Shown: positions 1 to 13,500 of the stretch, piece after piece | Layout of the letters: the number at the start of each line of letters is the position of its first letter | How positions within the stretch are numbered: position 1 is the stretch's first letter | DNA from: Chrysomallon squamiferum | Lineage: Eukaryota; Animalia; Mollusca | NCBI GenBank assembly: GCA_012295275.1 | Contig: CM022672.1 | Location: 1,984,001 to 2,048,000, forward strand | Reading direction: 5' to 3' | Length of the DNA stretch: 64,000 nucleotides | The notes under the pieces: model-generated | The model's database searches: none | Told to the model about the DNA's origin: nothing | What the model saw: the letters and a program-made list of their open reading frames with translations, nothing else | Position numbers and translations under genes: made by a program

Positions 1-191
1 TCATTTATTTGGGGGAGACATTACCTTTAATACCTGTTGTTACTTGAATTCCTTCACAGTATTATCTTGACGTGCATCTGGTGAGGTTAGAATAAACAGT
101 TTAACGCCTGATCGCAAATCGTCTAATATAAACAATTGGGCGCTTGACTGAAAATATTGTTTCATTTGGCGAATATTCTGAAATAATACAT

Positions 192-194
<3 letters not shown>

Positions 195-281
<87 letters not shown>
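195..281. repeat. (CT)n microsatellite
   Basis: Perfect dinucleotide run. Confidence 0.98.
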
Positions 282-285
<4 letters not shown>

Positions 286-625
286 CTCCTCAAAGACGAT
301 TTATTACTTTGATACATCAATAAATGAATATAAATAATAAAGTACTACGTGTGTATGTATGCTTACGAATCAAGTTCAGACACACAGAGAGAGAGAGAGA
401 GAGAGAGATTTATGCTGTATTTCGAAAAAAAATAGATATAATCACAGTGAAGAAAGATATATACAGGAGCAAACCAACATTTAAGAAAAGGTCAACTCCT
501 TAATTATGAATAATGTTTTTACATATAAAAAGTGAAGAATTTTTTTTTTTTTTTTTTTTTTTTAATAAAATCCCAGTGTACACGGATGGAATACGAATGG
601 GGTACACACTGAGTAAGAACACACG

Positions 626-659
<34 letters not shown>

Positions 660-1033
660 TTTAAAACAATTGTATGGTAATGTAAATCCTAAAGACCATT
701 AATAATCATTCGTTAGTGTATCATAGGACATAATGTCTGGTCGTTCATTAAACACATCAATATCGATGTCTTTGAAACAGAGTTAGTTTTAACGACTATC
801 ATAAACAAACGCTGTGTCTAATGCCCCCGAGGCAAGCCAGGCTGATCACACACACAGACAGAGCAGAATCCATCACGTCAGTAACTTGAATTTAGAAAGC
901 CAACAGTATTTTCCGTTTACACTGTAACGCAATTCGCTTTACCGTAGATGCTCTTGCAAAAACTGTGCTGTTTCTTTTAGTCTTTTTGTTCTTCTTGAAC
1001 GAACTGATTTTTATTTTACTTTTCTTTCTCTGT

Positions 1034-1073
<40 letters not shown>

Positions 1074-1087
1074 ATGATGATGATGAT

Positions 1088-1131
<44 letters not shown>

Positions 1132-2054
1132 TAATAATAATAAAAATAATAATAAAAATAGTAATACATTGTTATATCTGTTACATCAACAATTATGACA
1201 ACGACAACAACAACAACAACAATAATAATATTAATAATCTTGTAGTAGTAATTCTTGTTGTAAAACATCAGATTCATTTACGCAGTAAGAGTAGCACTGG
1301 TTTTAGTAGTAGCCGCAGTAGTATTTTAAAGCAGCTTGAGCCATGAGGGTAATAGTACTTTTCTGTTGTCTGAATTCTAATTTGTTCTTCTGAATATCAT
1401 GTACTGAAAGTATTATCACTCGTCCAGTTGTGTCTTTAGCGTAGACGTTAATTCAAAATTTTAGCGACTTTTTAATATTTTAATTGTAAAGCGGCCAGCC
1501 GACTGCTGCATATACAAGCTACATCCATCCTTTTTGACATATTTAGATTCTAAGTTGTATTAATTTATAAATACTGCTGCTGAAAAATATATTCGAACCA
1601 TATATGTATATAAATAATTAAAAAATAATAATAATAAAACTTTACTATGCTGCTTAGGTAATGTAGTTTGCGTCAGTATTTTTGTGTTGTCGTTTAATAT
1701 CCAAATGTAATCACGCACTACTTAACAATAATTATTAATGCATAAACTGATTGTGAATCACTATGATGAATATCGTGCAAATACAGTGATGTCAATAAGT
1801 TATATAATTTGTCACAATATTCCAGTTAAATGATTACATAACAACTGTTTCCTGAACACAAAACAGCAGATCGAGACTTCTGCTAAAGACTGGTTGGATC
1901 AAATAACACGAGCCGGTGACATTGACGTTTTGACATGCACCAGTATGTTTGTTTTTATTACTGTAATTTCATAAAGAATTGTCATCAGATAAGAAAAATA
2001 TCCTTTATTATGTTCCCAGTGATAAGAACAGAATTTATGAAAGATTGAAACTGA

Positions 2055-2056
<2 letters not shown>

Positions 2057-2108
<52 letters not shown>
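2057..2108. repeat. (GA)n microsatellite
   Basis: Perfect dinucleotide run. Confidence 0.97.
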
Positions 2109-2112
<4 letters not shown>

Positions 2113-3905
2113 ATGTGTCTTCTGTTTATGCATTCACGACCAATATGTTCAGGGCAATATTCTGTTAAGGTAAAGTAAGAATAATAATAATAAATATATT
2201 TCTGTGATGCTAAAGCAGTGTAGTTTGAGTCAGTATTTTTGTAATTTTCGTTTAATGTCCAAAGTACAATTAATATTAGAAAAAAAATATTTTATAAGGA
2301 TTCAGTTTCTGAGTTATTTGACAAATGATTAATAACGAGAACACAAAATATGAGGACTAATTTATTATTATTAAAACTCTATATTCGGCAGGACATTTCT
2401 TACATAATTTCCAAAGAAATAGTCTAAGAATTAATTAAAAATTAACCTCTCTTGTTTATTTTTTTTCTCCAGTTATTATCAGTTAAATAAACTGACTTTT
2501 AATATACATGTGGTGTTAAACAATATTAATTTATCAGACATAATTTTATTACTGGAAAAATCCTGTCATTGTCCTCTTAAAATGATCATCAACACCTTTT
2601 CGCTGAAAGAACCGTCATGATCTGTCTGTCATCTGACAACACTTTTGTGGGGTATTTATCCTGTTATACCACAGAGACACGTCGCCATTATCAACCGAAC
2701 AGAAATAATAAAACAATATATTTAACTTGCATTCTGCAGGGACAAAAAAAAAAAAAATCGACTGATGTAGCAAAAAAGAACAACACCTTATGGTATTTAT
2801 TCATTACGAATCCTTCCCCAATGAAATAAAAATTACTTGCGCAAGACCTCGTCTTTAAGTCAATAATCTGCATCAATTTGCTAACCGAAAATACAGAAAT
2901 AATCATCCGATTGGGTAATCGATATTGGCAGACTGGCAAAAACTGTCGTGTCCTTACGCGAGAGGTGGCCGCGTAACTGCGTTGTTGTTAGGCGTGACTT
3001 GGAGTGAAGACGTTCACAACGAGCTGACGTATGACAGAGTTCCGAGTCAGAACTCTGTTGGTGCCACTTTGCAACTGACGTTATTAATGTTACTCCGTCT
3101 GCTACTGCTGCTGCTGATGGAGATGATACTATTTTAGATTAGCTCGAGAACACGTCAGAAACTCTCTTTTCTTCTTCTTCCTCCTCTTTATAATTATTGT
3201 TATAATAGCCTTCTTGTTCTTCTTCATCATCATCATCATCATCATCATTACCATTATTGTTGTTGTTGTTGTTATTGTTATTTGTTGATGTTGTTTTGCT
3301 CACTGTTATTATTATTTTCTTTTTCTTCTTCTGCTTCTTTATAATTATAATCATATATATCATCTGTTTCTCCGTCATTTGAATGTATTATAATAATATT
3401 TCTGTTTTCATTTTTAATTTGAGGTTTTAATGTAATTCGTAATTTGTGTGTTTGTGTGTGTGTGTGTGTGTGTGTTTTCAGCAAGAACAGCAGACTTTAA
3501 GACCTTCTCCCACTTGTATTTTTTTTTTCGTTTTTTTTTTTTTCATATTTTATAACAGTGGTTATTACAAAAACATCAATCACAGAAATTATGAAGCATG
3601 TTAGACGAGCCGTTATAGATTAGAACCATTAATCTGCCAGCCGGAAACATATTTATAGATTAGTAAACAGACAAACACGACCATAGAAACACTGTGAATA
3701 CAAACACAGCCTTTGTAATAGTCAGTGTCTTCCTCCACTGAAAACAGAAGACAGTTTCAACCACTTCATTCTGTCTGCCTCGTCTTTCTCAGCCTCGTTT
3801 TCCTTTTGCCGGGACGTTGTCGGCACCAGCAGGTCTGTCATGGCGTCTTCGTTCGTTAGATCCACAACTTCAAAGACGTCGCTGCTACACAAAGTTCGCC
3901 ATCGA

Positions 3906-4275
3906 TTTCCACAGATGTTTTCGCTTACGTAATATGCGAAATACCGTGACGAAAACAGTTTCCACAAACGTTTTCGCTTACGTAATATGCGAAATACTGT
4001 GACGAAAACAGTTTCCACAGATGTTTTTGCTTACGTAATATGCAGAATAGTGTTACGAAAACAGTTTCCACAAACGTTTTCGCTTGCGTAATATACGAAA
4101 TATTGTGACGAAAACAGTTTCCACAGACGTTTTCGCTTACGTAATATAAGACATATTTTGACGAAAACAGTTTCCACAAATGTTTTCGCTTACGTAATAT
4201 ACGATATATTTTGACGAAAACAGTTTCCACAGATGTTTTCGCTTACGTAATATACAAAAACAGTTTCCACAGATG
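3906..4275. repeat. 53-bp minisatellite, ~7 units, internally palindromic
   Basis: TTTCCAC recurs at 3906, 3959, 4012, 4065, 4118, 4171, 4224 (exact 53-bp period), with a truncated copy at 4264. Confidence 0.95.
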
Positions 4276-4879
4276 ATATCCAGTGACGTGAGTCAATAAT
4301 TAAACCAAATATTGGCTTTCGTTGGATCCATTAACAGTGTTCAGACGGTGAATTTGGGATACTTAATTGTTTCATAACACGAACTAGTGGCTCTTTGTAC
4401 CTTTTTATCTCTTCTTCTTTCATGTTTTTTTAAATGTTAATAATAATATTTAAAAAAATTTAATTTAAAAAAATATAATGTTAATTTGTTTTCTTTTATC
4501 ATTTTAATGCTTGATTAAATTAAATACTTTTAACTTATTTTATTTTATTCTATTTTTGAAATGGAGAAAATATCAAGAAAAAACAAAACAAAAACAAAAC
4601 AAAACAAAAAACAAACAATACAAATGGATAAAATAAACAAAATTTGTATTTTAAAGGTACATTAGTTTCATAATAGATCCACTCCTGTTTTTATCAGAAG
4701 CTTTCCTTTCGACAACAATCTACGAAAACTCGGATGCTGATCCATGGTTTTAAAAATAAAGAGTGTTTTATAATTACGGTCGAGCTACAGCTTACAAAAT
4801 GCTTTATTAAAAACAAAATTTTTCAAAATTCCTTGATCTTCAGACATTAGACTAGACATAACGCCAACCAGTATGTTAT

Positions 4880-5262
4880 CTGATATTTACCTCATTCTGT
4901 GTAAGGAATATATTACATATATTTTGCACTTACGCAATACGTGGTTTTTGTTTGAATACATTTGAATATTGACCAATATTTCATTTGGTATTTATATCTT
5001 TCTAAGGAACATAGATCAATAAGCATGTTAAGGAATATAAAATTCTGAATATAGACAAATATGCAATTTTATTATTCACCTTATATCGGAGGAAAGTTTT
5101 TGAACACAGAAAACCATGTAATTTGGTATTTACCTTATATCTGCCTGAAAAATATATCTCAAGACTGATCTTTATTTCATTTGGTTTTTATATCTATCTA
5201 AGGAATGTAACTGAACATAGACCGATGTGTGATTTGGTATTTACGTTGCGTCTGTCTAATTC
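4880..5262. repeat. Degenerate tandem repeat (~55-65 bp units)
   Basis: Recurrent TTTGGTATTTA(CC)TTATATCT..CTAAGGAA..TA..CTGAA.ATAGAC. Confidence 0.7.
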
Positions 5263-5538
5263 GTATCTGATTTCAAATCACTGAATGATCTGTGGTCTTG
5301 CGAATAAAAAACTCAATCACTTCACCTCGTCTTATTCACGATCACGCATACAAATACCTCTCTGATTCTCTTCACCCCGAGTCAATATTTTGGTGCCCTC
5401 CAAAAGAAGGTCAGAATGAGTAAAATTCAGCAAAAGTAATATTTCTGATTTGTCTGGAACACGAGAGACTTTAGGATGGATTTCCTGGGACAACAAACTC
5501 CTTCTTGCCTTTGATTATTGGTGAAGTCTGTTGCTCCT

Positions 5539-5569
<31 letters not shown>

Positions 5570-7983
5570 TATTTTGATATTCTCAAGCCCAAAAAAGAAT
5601 AGACGTACAAAATTACATTTCATTATCCGGGAATGTTTGTGGGACAAAATAATCTTAATAAAGGAACAACAGTATGAAGGCCATTTTATCTAAGTGCCAA
5701 ATTATTATTAAGTGTCAAATTTCATTTTGTGATAATCTTAATAAAAGAAAAACAATATGAATGGTTTTTTATTTAAGAACATCTCATTATATTTCTGTAT
5801 TAATTATTATTAAGTGTTAAATTTGATTTTGTTGTGATGGTATAACGGAGGAAATATCCACACATTGCCTGTCAGAAGAAATCTTTTAAATGCCTCTTCC
5901 AAGAGATAAAGAAGCACACACAACACGAACTTTGAAACTAAAAGCGTTACCGGTTGGAGCTGGAAATAGTTTAATGGTTTCATTGAGTAGAATTTATCTG
6001 TTAGACATCAAACCAAGAAACTCTGAATGTAAATTCACAAATGGTTTTCAAACACTGAAAAAACTACTTTACTGGAAGCAGATTCGCTTAAAACTTAAAA
6101 CTGCGATCAGTTATAAATAGTAATGATAATGATAATAATAATAATGATGATGATGATGATAATAATAATGACAAAAATAATAATGATGATAATAATGATA
6201 ATGATGATGATAATAATGATAATAATAGTAATAAAGAAATATGAAGAAAAAAGAGCATACGCTTTGAATAAAAAAAAGAAAGAAAGAAAGAAAGAAAAAC
6301 GGATGTCACAGATAAAATAATCTTTGACGGCTGCACGATATATGTCTACTGAATTAATTTTTCATTTAAAAGCTACAAAAGAATCAGCACATTTAGATTC
6401 AGTCTAAATGTATACTGAAACTCCGGAATAAAGTAAAAAATGATAATATATCAGCATTTTATTCGTGTCGACAACTGGGATTTGTTGTCAGAATCCTTTC
6501 TGAAATAATAATACTTTAAAAAAAAAAAAAAAAGTTAAAAAAATCCCAATCCTGTAAAAGGAAATGCTTTCAGATGTGTTAAGTCACAAGAGAATATTTC
6601 TCTGACGTCCATCTTTGGAACTGAATTCATTTTAATTTCACGCTTGTCCCAGCACTTTTGAAACTGGTTGTTGGCTGATATTTAAAATAACTTTCTGTCA
6701 ATGCTGTTGGTGTTGTTCCTTGCTTTGATATGATTCGGTGGAAATTCATCAAGCGGTTATTTTCTGATGCTGAAGGATTAATATCAATTTGTGTCCAGGA
6801 TTTTGCAAGGCGTGCAGAAGTCCACGCATCGCTAGCCTACTGATTTTTACAATCTGGGAATCAAATGATCGAGTTGTACATGAAAGGAGTATTGTTCAGA
6901 ATGGTGATAGTGAGAGAATAATCCTCTTAAAGATATCGTTCCTCTTGCTTTAGGTTTTACGATAGAATTAGCTAAAATCATGAACGGATTCAAGGGAAGT
7001 GTGCTCACGACCCCTTTTTCTGAAACCTTGGATGCCTCACGGCTAGAATAATAATAAGATAGATCTATAAAACTAGAAAATAATATCTGCTTTTCAATTC
7101 AGAATGTCAAAGCAATCAAAGATCTTTCCTGGAAGCATTGCTTTTTTCTTCTTTTTTTTCACCCCATTCTCTAACATGCCAGAGGAATAAGCCTATAATT
7201 TGTAATTAAAACTAATGATGTATCAATATATTGGACGATAAGGTCCATTTCCTTAAGTTTGCCATATAGATTACCAGACTAAACCCTTTGCTAAAAGATT
7301 TTCGTTTTCTGACATGTATTAGATAGCAAGGAAGGATCAAGTGTCACCGAAAAGGGGAGTTTCATCTAGATGATAAAAGTTTCATTATTACCCTATTACA
7401 CAGAAAAACAATAAAAAATAAAATAAAATAAAACACAGACTATGGAGCTGACACTGAAATGTGATTCGCCACCAGATACAAAAAAACAGACAAAATATGC
7501 CATAATCGATAATAAATCAATACATCGAATACGCTCCGTTCTATTGCTTGCAATAAGTCACCAGTCAATATAAGGATATGTTTGTTGCCTTCTGGGGAAA
7601 AAAAAAACAACAACAAAAAAAATAATCACTTAACTTTCTACAAACGTAAAATTCTTTGAAATCGAAGCTTGATCGAAAATGTAAAAAGCCTCACTGGATT
7701 ATTATTCGTCCGGCATCGACCGTTTATTTTGTCTTTGTACCAAGCGACAAGCACAAACCATCATGGATATAATATCGCGTTGTTAGTTTTGCTGTAAAAA
7801 CCCATGACGAATTTCTCCAGTCTCCGTGTCCCCTGTGTTTATCTAATAAAGATTTTATTTTGGTTAGCTGCTTTGTAAATAGCGTGTAAACACTCGCGCG
7901 TTTACACAATGAAAAACGCGATTGATTTAATTCTGTAATTTCGTTGATTGTTCACTTGTAATAATACTATTTTAATTATTTTC

Positions 7984-8016
<33 letters not shown>

Positions 8017-10153
8017 GATAAAGAATTTAATGTGAAAAACATACATACATACCTATATACGCACGTATATGCAGATACATAGAGATACATAGTTACAGAT
8101 ACACAGAAACAGACAGATAACTGGACGAATAAATGGATGTAGGGAGGGAAGGAGAGATGGAATGAAGAACAGACAAAATATACAAACTATCAGCAGCTAG
8201 ATAGGGACAGAGAAAGTTATTAATGCAAATTAATGTACATTAAACAATTTTGAATGGAGACAGCGTCTCTAATACAAATTTGCTATGTACTTTTCTCAGA
8301 GCAATGTTCTTATAAATAGTTGGTGCCTGATTGAACAAAAACCCTCATTGTGTTTACATTTACTTCACCGTGGATATTATTAGATGTTTTCCGTGGAACC
8401 ATCGTTAATTAGAGAAGAGCTAATCACGTCGTATTTCCGCCCATTTCAACCACTTCATTTCAGACTTGCCTACATTTCTCTGAGTATTCAGAGACAGTCA
8501 GAGGAGAACACCCGCTAGTAATTCGTTACGTAGCATTCACGATGACTTCGTTTTTAAGCCAGCGTGGAAAGGGGTTTACGGCCAAAATTATTTTACGGCT
8601 TTTATACAGAGGCATGTACGAACAGGAATGACTGAGTTAAATGTATATACACACGCAGATGTAAACTGTATATTTTCAGTACAAATACATAAATACGTCG
8701 ACATGAATAAACAGTCACGCACGTAGAATATACAGGAACGCAAAGTGAAAAATGTGATTTATTTTTGTACTTGGAACAGGGTTAAAGAATGTGTTTTTGT
8801 CACTGGGTGGCAGTATACCTTTCATATTACTTTTAATCTTCTTTGTTAATGTTTTGTTCTGTCGGTGAATCGAAAGGAAATTGCACACGTTCTTTTTTCT
8901 TTTTTTTAATTTATTTAATTGATTGAAGACGTTTGTGGTTAACAAAACTGATTCCGAGTTTTGAAAAACAAAAAATAATTACAGTAATTTGTGTTAATGA
9001 CATACTAAAGGTATATAAATTATTTCGTCTATCGATATCAAAGACTGCATTCAAAAATAACCTAATATCTGCAGCAAGAAGGATTTCTAACCATGTAATA
9101 TTATTCTTACCACAAAGATGATGCTTTAAAAGTATTTCTGCAATACCTTCGCTAAAAGGCTTAAAACTTTTTGTTCCTTAATGCGTAAAACCCACATTAT
9201 TCACTGACTGAGTGAATTATGAGGACGAATCCCGCTAAGAACCGCTATGCACCGTAGAGTCCACTCTGTCAGACATGCAGTATTTGATCCAATATTTCTT
9301 ATCAAGATTAGTTGATTAGTACCTTAAAATTCTCCCAGCTTTTCAACAGAGTGGTGATATTGTAGTTTTTTTAACCATCAGTTAACAACATGACCATGGG
9401 ATTTTTTACGAACAGATAAGAGCAACAGTAATTTATAATCCTACAAAATAAATTTATCTCAGTGCATGTTCAGTAAACAGGCCAAGCTATGAATTTTGGA
9501 TATGATGTTGACCTTCAATTGGAGGAGCTCCGGAAAATGGTATCAAGGCAATTTCTAGCCTGGAAAATGCAAAAGTCTGGGAAATTAATCATCAACTTTT
9601 AAATTTACCGAACCATTAAATTTTAGAACACCTAACAGCAGTATAATACAATAATATAATAATGTAAGAACAATATACAGACATAAAATCAAAGTGAGAT
9701 TAAAAAAAAGAAAGAAAAAAAAGGAAAATAGAAAAATATAGGCTAGGCTGGATGAAGTTTGTTAGGTTTGAATGGTTATGGGTAAACAGTAAAATTTACT
9801 TTTACATTGAGTGAAAGTTGTTTGGCTGGACTCAGAAAAACTCAACAGTAGCTAAAGGAAAGGTTTCAAGTGTGAAATGGCAGGAAGTTATTATTTTATA
9901 ATTTTTACAGATTGGTCCCGATTTTCCGAATTTCGGAAAATCGAGGTCCCGTGAAATTCATGGTCAACAGCCGTATTTGTCAACCTGTTGAATGTTTCTT
10001 TTTAATTAGCTTGTTAGCGCTAATCCAATTACACCAGATATTCGTGCGCCATTAACCAATAGCTTATAATTACAGACAAAAACAGAGAGAGACAGAGTGA
10101 AAGACGCAGAAACAACTAGAAGAACAGTACAGAAAAAAGAGTCGTTTATATAA

Positions 10154-10158
<5 letters not shown>

Positions 10159-10223
<65 letters not shown>
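10159..10223. repeat. (GA)n microsatellite
   Basis: Perfect dinucleotide run. Confidence 0.97.
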
Positions 10224-10225
<2 letters not shown>

Positions 10226-10715
10226 AAACTGATTTTTGATACATTTTTCATCCATTATCTTCCGGTACGGCATGAGGGGATTATTTTAGAAATATGACTC
10301 ACTTACTTCACCGCAATGGTCTCTTGAGAATAATGTGAACATCATATACCATGGAAATCAGACCCTAAGATGTCCATCAAATTCAATCAAAATAGTTGCC
10401 ATCAATAAGGAGACACAATTTGGTATGGTTCCAGCTCTCGTGGGATCGATTGATGGAAGCCTGGGCCTGCGAGCCGCCTTTAATGGAAAAGAGAGTACAT
10501 TGTATAACAATGATGAAAAACCTTTGATGTTGTAAGGGTGATGTGTGTCGTTGACGTAGAAATGTCAGGTGCTTAGCACAGGCAGTTCGGTGACTAAGGT
10601 TACGAGTGTAGGAAGAAATTAACAAATTCTTACGCAAGTGTCTTAGATAATTTCTAGATCACTCTCGTTCACACACACATAGACTTTGAGGAGAACTGAG
10701 TAAGAACAACAAAAA

Positions 10716-10718
<3 letters not shown>

Positions 10719-10795
<77 letters not shown>
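10719..10795. repeat. (AG)n microsatellite
   Basis: Near-perfect dinucleotide run. Confidence 0.97.
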
Positions 10796-11059
10796 TTGAC
10801 GAAAAAACCCCAGATATAATGTCTGCATTAAATTTCAAACATATGATTTTCAAAATATCTGACAAGAATGCAACTTCTAACATTTTATGAGTTACTTTTG
10901 CCATTTAAAATCAAAAGATAATAATTATATTTTGTCTCCTTTTTTTTTAAATTTTTATTTTAATTTTATTTTCATGGGACATTGGGCAAAATAAAAAATG
11001 GCTATTATTACACTATATATAACATATGTCCTGACTATGATGGCATATATATGAGGGCA

Positions 11060-11103
<44 letters not shown>

Positions 11104-12509
11104 CTCTTATTTATCAATCTTCCAACAATAAGATTGTTGTTAGAATTAATGACCACTTTATCAGCTATTTCTTACTATTTTTTTTTATTTTTACTTTCTA
11201 ATCAGGTGTTGCTTTCAGATACCAAAGTGCTTGTCGCTTATGGCAGTACGTTTTACTTCTTATTGTAAAAAACTGAATAGTTTCCGAAACGTCTGCAGGG
11301 CAAACGTCAACCTTAAAAGTGGTCTGAGAAATCTCAGTGACCTTTCTCTTTCGGCATTTTTTCTCTTTCCAAAAACACGGTTCCTCAAATGATCAAAAAC
11401 AAAAAATATTTTTTTCCCCAGTAGCATGTTATTAGTGTCCAATATCTTTTTTGTTTTCTTGTGTATAGCTAAAGGCGTAAATTAGGATAACAAATTCAAT
11501 GTATATGGATGTGGATGTGTTTGTGTTTGTATGCATGTAATTATATGTGTATATATATAAATGAATAGATATAGATATTTTTTTTTAATATAGATATAGA
11601 TATAGATATTTTTTTTACAATGCAGAGCTAATTATTTTTTTAACAATACAAACTATGCTCATTATTTTACAACAGTTACTACCCATCCTTGTTGTGTAGA
11701 CAATGTGAAACTAGACAAAGAAATACTGCAATGCTGGAAATGGTGACTTCCAACCTCTAAGTCAGTAAAGCTGGACCATGGCCGTTCAAATATTTTGTGT
11801 TGGGAAGATATACACACCCACAATAAATATGTGAGAAAGTAATTATTTTTCTCTGGCAAAGGAAAGAAATACTGAATGATCCCTTCAATACATTTGATCT
11901 AGTTATATGTGATTACATACTATTAGGTTAACGATCTTTAAAATGCATCTTCAAACTAATATGCCACAGTCTTTGATATACCAGAAACAAGGCATTTGGC
12001 TAGCTTATAGATTGTAGAATTATAAATTAACTGGATGAGAAACTAACCTAAGTGGGTATGTCACATTTGAGCCAGTCAGTCTTCATAATTGTAGATATTT
12101 TTTTAATAGAAGAAAGATAAAATATAAGATGGATTTTTGTCAATGTTATTTTAAATTTGGTTTATTCAAAAGATAATAAGACATGATGTTTTATCATTAT
12201 TATTATTACATTTCCAATTCTAGAAATGTTTTAACAGAAGAAAGATAAAATATGGATGAGTTTTTGTCACCCTGAATTTAAATTTGCTTTATTCCATAGT
12301 GTTATTCTTTTCTAATACAGATTTTTTTTTTCTGTGACATAGATGTTTTCTCTAACACTATTATTTAAAAAAGTTCATATAAAAATGACTTTTAAAACTA
12401 ATTTAAATGTAAAACCAGTAGGAATAACAAACATTACAAAATAAAAACAATACAATGAATATGGTGACTTACGTGTTTTATTACCGGTATAATATCCATG
12501 CTTAAATTA

Positions 12510-13500
12510 TAAATTCTTTATGCATCCATTGTATTGGAAGTACAATAAAATAATACGTATACTTTTTCACTAATAATTTAAAGCCATTATTCATTTTTAA
12601 TTTGTTTTTAAAAAATACTTCCACACATAGACTTCACATACAAACCATGCTTTTATGCTTCCCATATACAGATTTTATTTCACTTTATTTTAATGAAACA
12701 TTTTTATTTTATTTTATTTTTTTCAAAAGAAGAATATACTGATTATAGAAGTATCCAGAATTCCTGATAGAACAGAATTAATTTTTTTCAATAAAAATAT
12801 ATTTATTTTCTTTATCATTTAATGATTTATGCATCCACATTTTGAATGCTGACAAAATACATAATTTTGTAACAATAAATTCAGACTATTGTCATTTTTT
12901 AAATTATTTATGCAATAATTACAGTTTTTCTGAAAAAAAAAAAAAATAATAATAAAAAAATTATGGAGCATAAACTGCGAACATTTTTACTATTTATGCA
13001 TCAATTTAATTATTCCGATAAAATAAAACATTAACTTGTTTCTATCTCGGTAAAAAAACAAAAAACACATCTTATTTATGCCTCTATTCAAATGATTCAT
13101 TATTAATAAAACAATGTGCTTGCATTAATCTTTTTCATACCAATAAATTGAATTTCCATTAATTATTTTCTTTGTTTTTATGCATCCATATACTTCATAA
13201 TTATAAAATAAATAATCTGACTGTTTCAATTATAATTACTAACCATAGTTTTATTTTTTATGCATTCAGTTATGAATAAAATAATGCATTGTCCATTTCA
13301 ACAACAATCAAAACTGTTCTTAATTATATTTTATTTTTTTATGCATCCACAGATTTTGTATCAATAAAATAATACAAAAACCTTTTCAATAATAAATTAC
13401 GACCATTATTGATTATATTTTCTTTATCTTATTTATGCATCAATGAATCTCATACATGAATAAAACAATACACTTCAATAATAAATTAAGATTATTATCA
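12510..13500. repeat. Degenerate tandem array (~80-90 bp units)
   Basis: About ten recurrences of TTTATGCAT(CCA) followed by AATAAAA...TTTTCAATAATAAATT. Confidence 0.7.

Noticed and set aside
965-1346. Poly-F/N/I/Y ORFs, and similar ones at 6088-6336, 10006-10273, 17042-17447, 18596-18966, 23483-23689, 45079-45297, 47180-48082, 51477-51840 and 55070-55361
   Set aside because: They are open only because they run through mono-, di-, tri- or tetranucleotide microsatellites.
3031-3065. SECIS element (ATGA followed by a hairpin)
   Set aside because: Stem geometry, apical AA position and the 3' GA of the quartet do not fit, and there is no upstream selenoprotein CDS.
3722-4230. ORFs 3722-4018, 3817-4002 and 3925-4230 as genes
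   Set aside because: Largely translations of the 53-bp repeat, whose period is not a multiple of 3; no family recognised.
3906-4275. CRISPR array
   Set aside because: The variable segments are only ~14 nt and clearly related to each other, there are no cas genes, and the context is a spliced eukaryotic genome; it is a minisatellite.
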